This document shows, piece by piece, positions 63,105 to 64,000 of a stretch of DNA of 64,000 bases. Each line of letters starts with the position of its first letter. Positions within the stretch are counted from its first letter, which is position 1. The DNA is from Squalus acanthias (lineage: Eukaryota), in assembly GCA_030390025.1 (NCBI GenBank), contig CM059432.1:48052001-48116000 (forward strand), given 5' to 3'. The notes below the pieces were generated by a model. That model was not told the DNA's origin and ran no database searches. It was given only the letters and a program-made list of their open reading frames with translations. Both the position numbers and the translations under genes were made by a program.

Positions 63105-64000
63105 GGGGGTTATTTTGGCCAAAGGGTGAAAACAGGCGCTAAATGGGTGCTGTGCTAATAAGAAACGCCTGTTTGAAAGTCCGGATTTAGCACGCAATTT
63201 TCGGGCTAATTGATGATTATCATGATTTGAACGTGCCTGCAGACACTAACCAGAAAGGTTTAGCACTTAAGTGCTGATTAGATGCAATTTTCGTGGAGCA
63301 GTAGATGTGGGGCCCTCGCACCCACTTCCACTGAAGGTGTGGAGTGCTTTGGCTGGCACACAGCAGCTGGTTTTAGGTTGGCTCAGGGACCGAAGGAGAG
63401 GGCGCACAGGTTCTTGGACGCAGCACTGGATGTCCTTGTGAAGGAGGTCCACAGTAAGAGGGATGTCCTGTACCCGCAGGGGGGAAGGACCTCACCTCGC
63501 CCTCCTGTCCCTCTCGCCTGCAGTAGCTGGTGCTGCTCTGCCTGAACTCATGTCCTCCACCCATTGCTCGTCCAGACCAGGGGGGACACCTAGCAAGATG
63601 CCCATGACAAACCACTCCCTTTCTCCTGGTGACTCCCACAAGGTGGATTAGCACTGCACTTACTCTTTTTAAGTCCTCAGAGAATTTCCGGAATAAATGT
63701 TGCTCGAGTGTTGGTGAAGTCATGACAAAGTGTCCTAGAAAGTCTCCCGATGTGTTTCAGAGGTCATCTTCACAGCTCCAGCAGCAATGATCATGAAATG
63801 GTGAGTATCTCTTTAAGTGGTGAGTATCCCTTTAAGTAGCGCTTGAAATTGACAGCAACACCGTGTTTACTCCCAAACAGTTGGTCACTGTTAAGAGAAA
63901 GCATTAGTTGAAGCGTTAGCCACCAAAATGCCGTGCAACCTCTTTACTGAGCGCTAGCAGGCATTTTAACTGGCAATCAGCTGTTTAATAAGCCTCTGGG
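63105..64000 (+). mobile_element. Harbinger relic with Myb/SANT N-terminal remnant, running off the window
   Basis: ERAHRFLDAALDVLVKEVHSKRDVLYPQGG (63390-63490); GGGGGTTATTTT TIR-like start. Confidence 0.7.

Overview
Repeat-saturated vertebrate genomic DNA, most likely from a cartilaginous fish (inferred from the mix of CR1, L2, Penelope, RTE, Deu-type SINE and Harbinger repeats; not database-checked). No intact, recognisable host CDS is present. Contents: a near full-length young CR1 LINE (11104-15066) nested in an older CR1; a second long CR1 split by two nested solo LTRs; many truncated CR1-group and L2 copies; Penelope-like insertions, including hammerhead-like motifs and two perfect fold-back insertions with 13-bp TSDs; a bipartite RTE derivative; a hAT (ZBED1-like) transposase relic; and many PIF/Harbinger relics and MITEs. 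The most notable signal is that two divergent CR1 families both end ORF1 with a correctly phased slippery heptamer, T TTA AAC, followed by TAG, and their -1 frame runs open into the ORF2 endonuclease. This suggests programmed -1 ribosomal frameshifting. The unique patches between repeats also hold a candidate promoter/first exon near 4.1-4.3 kb and a series of minus-strand exon-like segments that may be a decayed multi-exon gene. Boundaries without a TSD or TIR are approximate.
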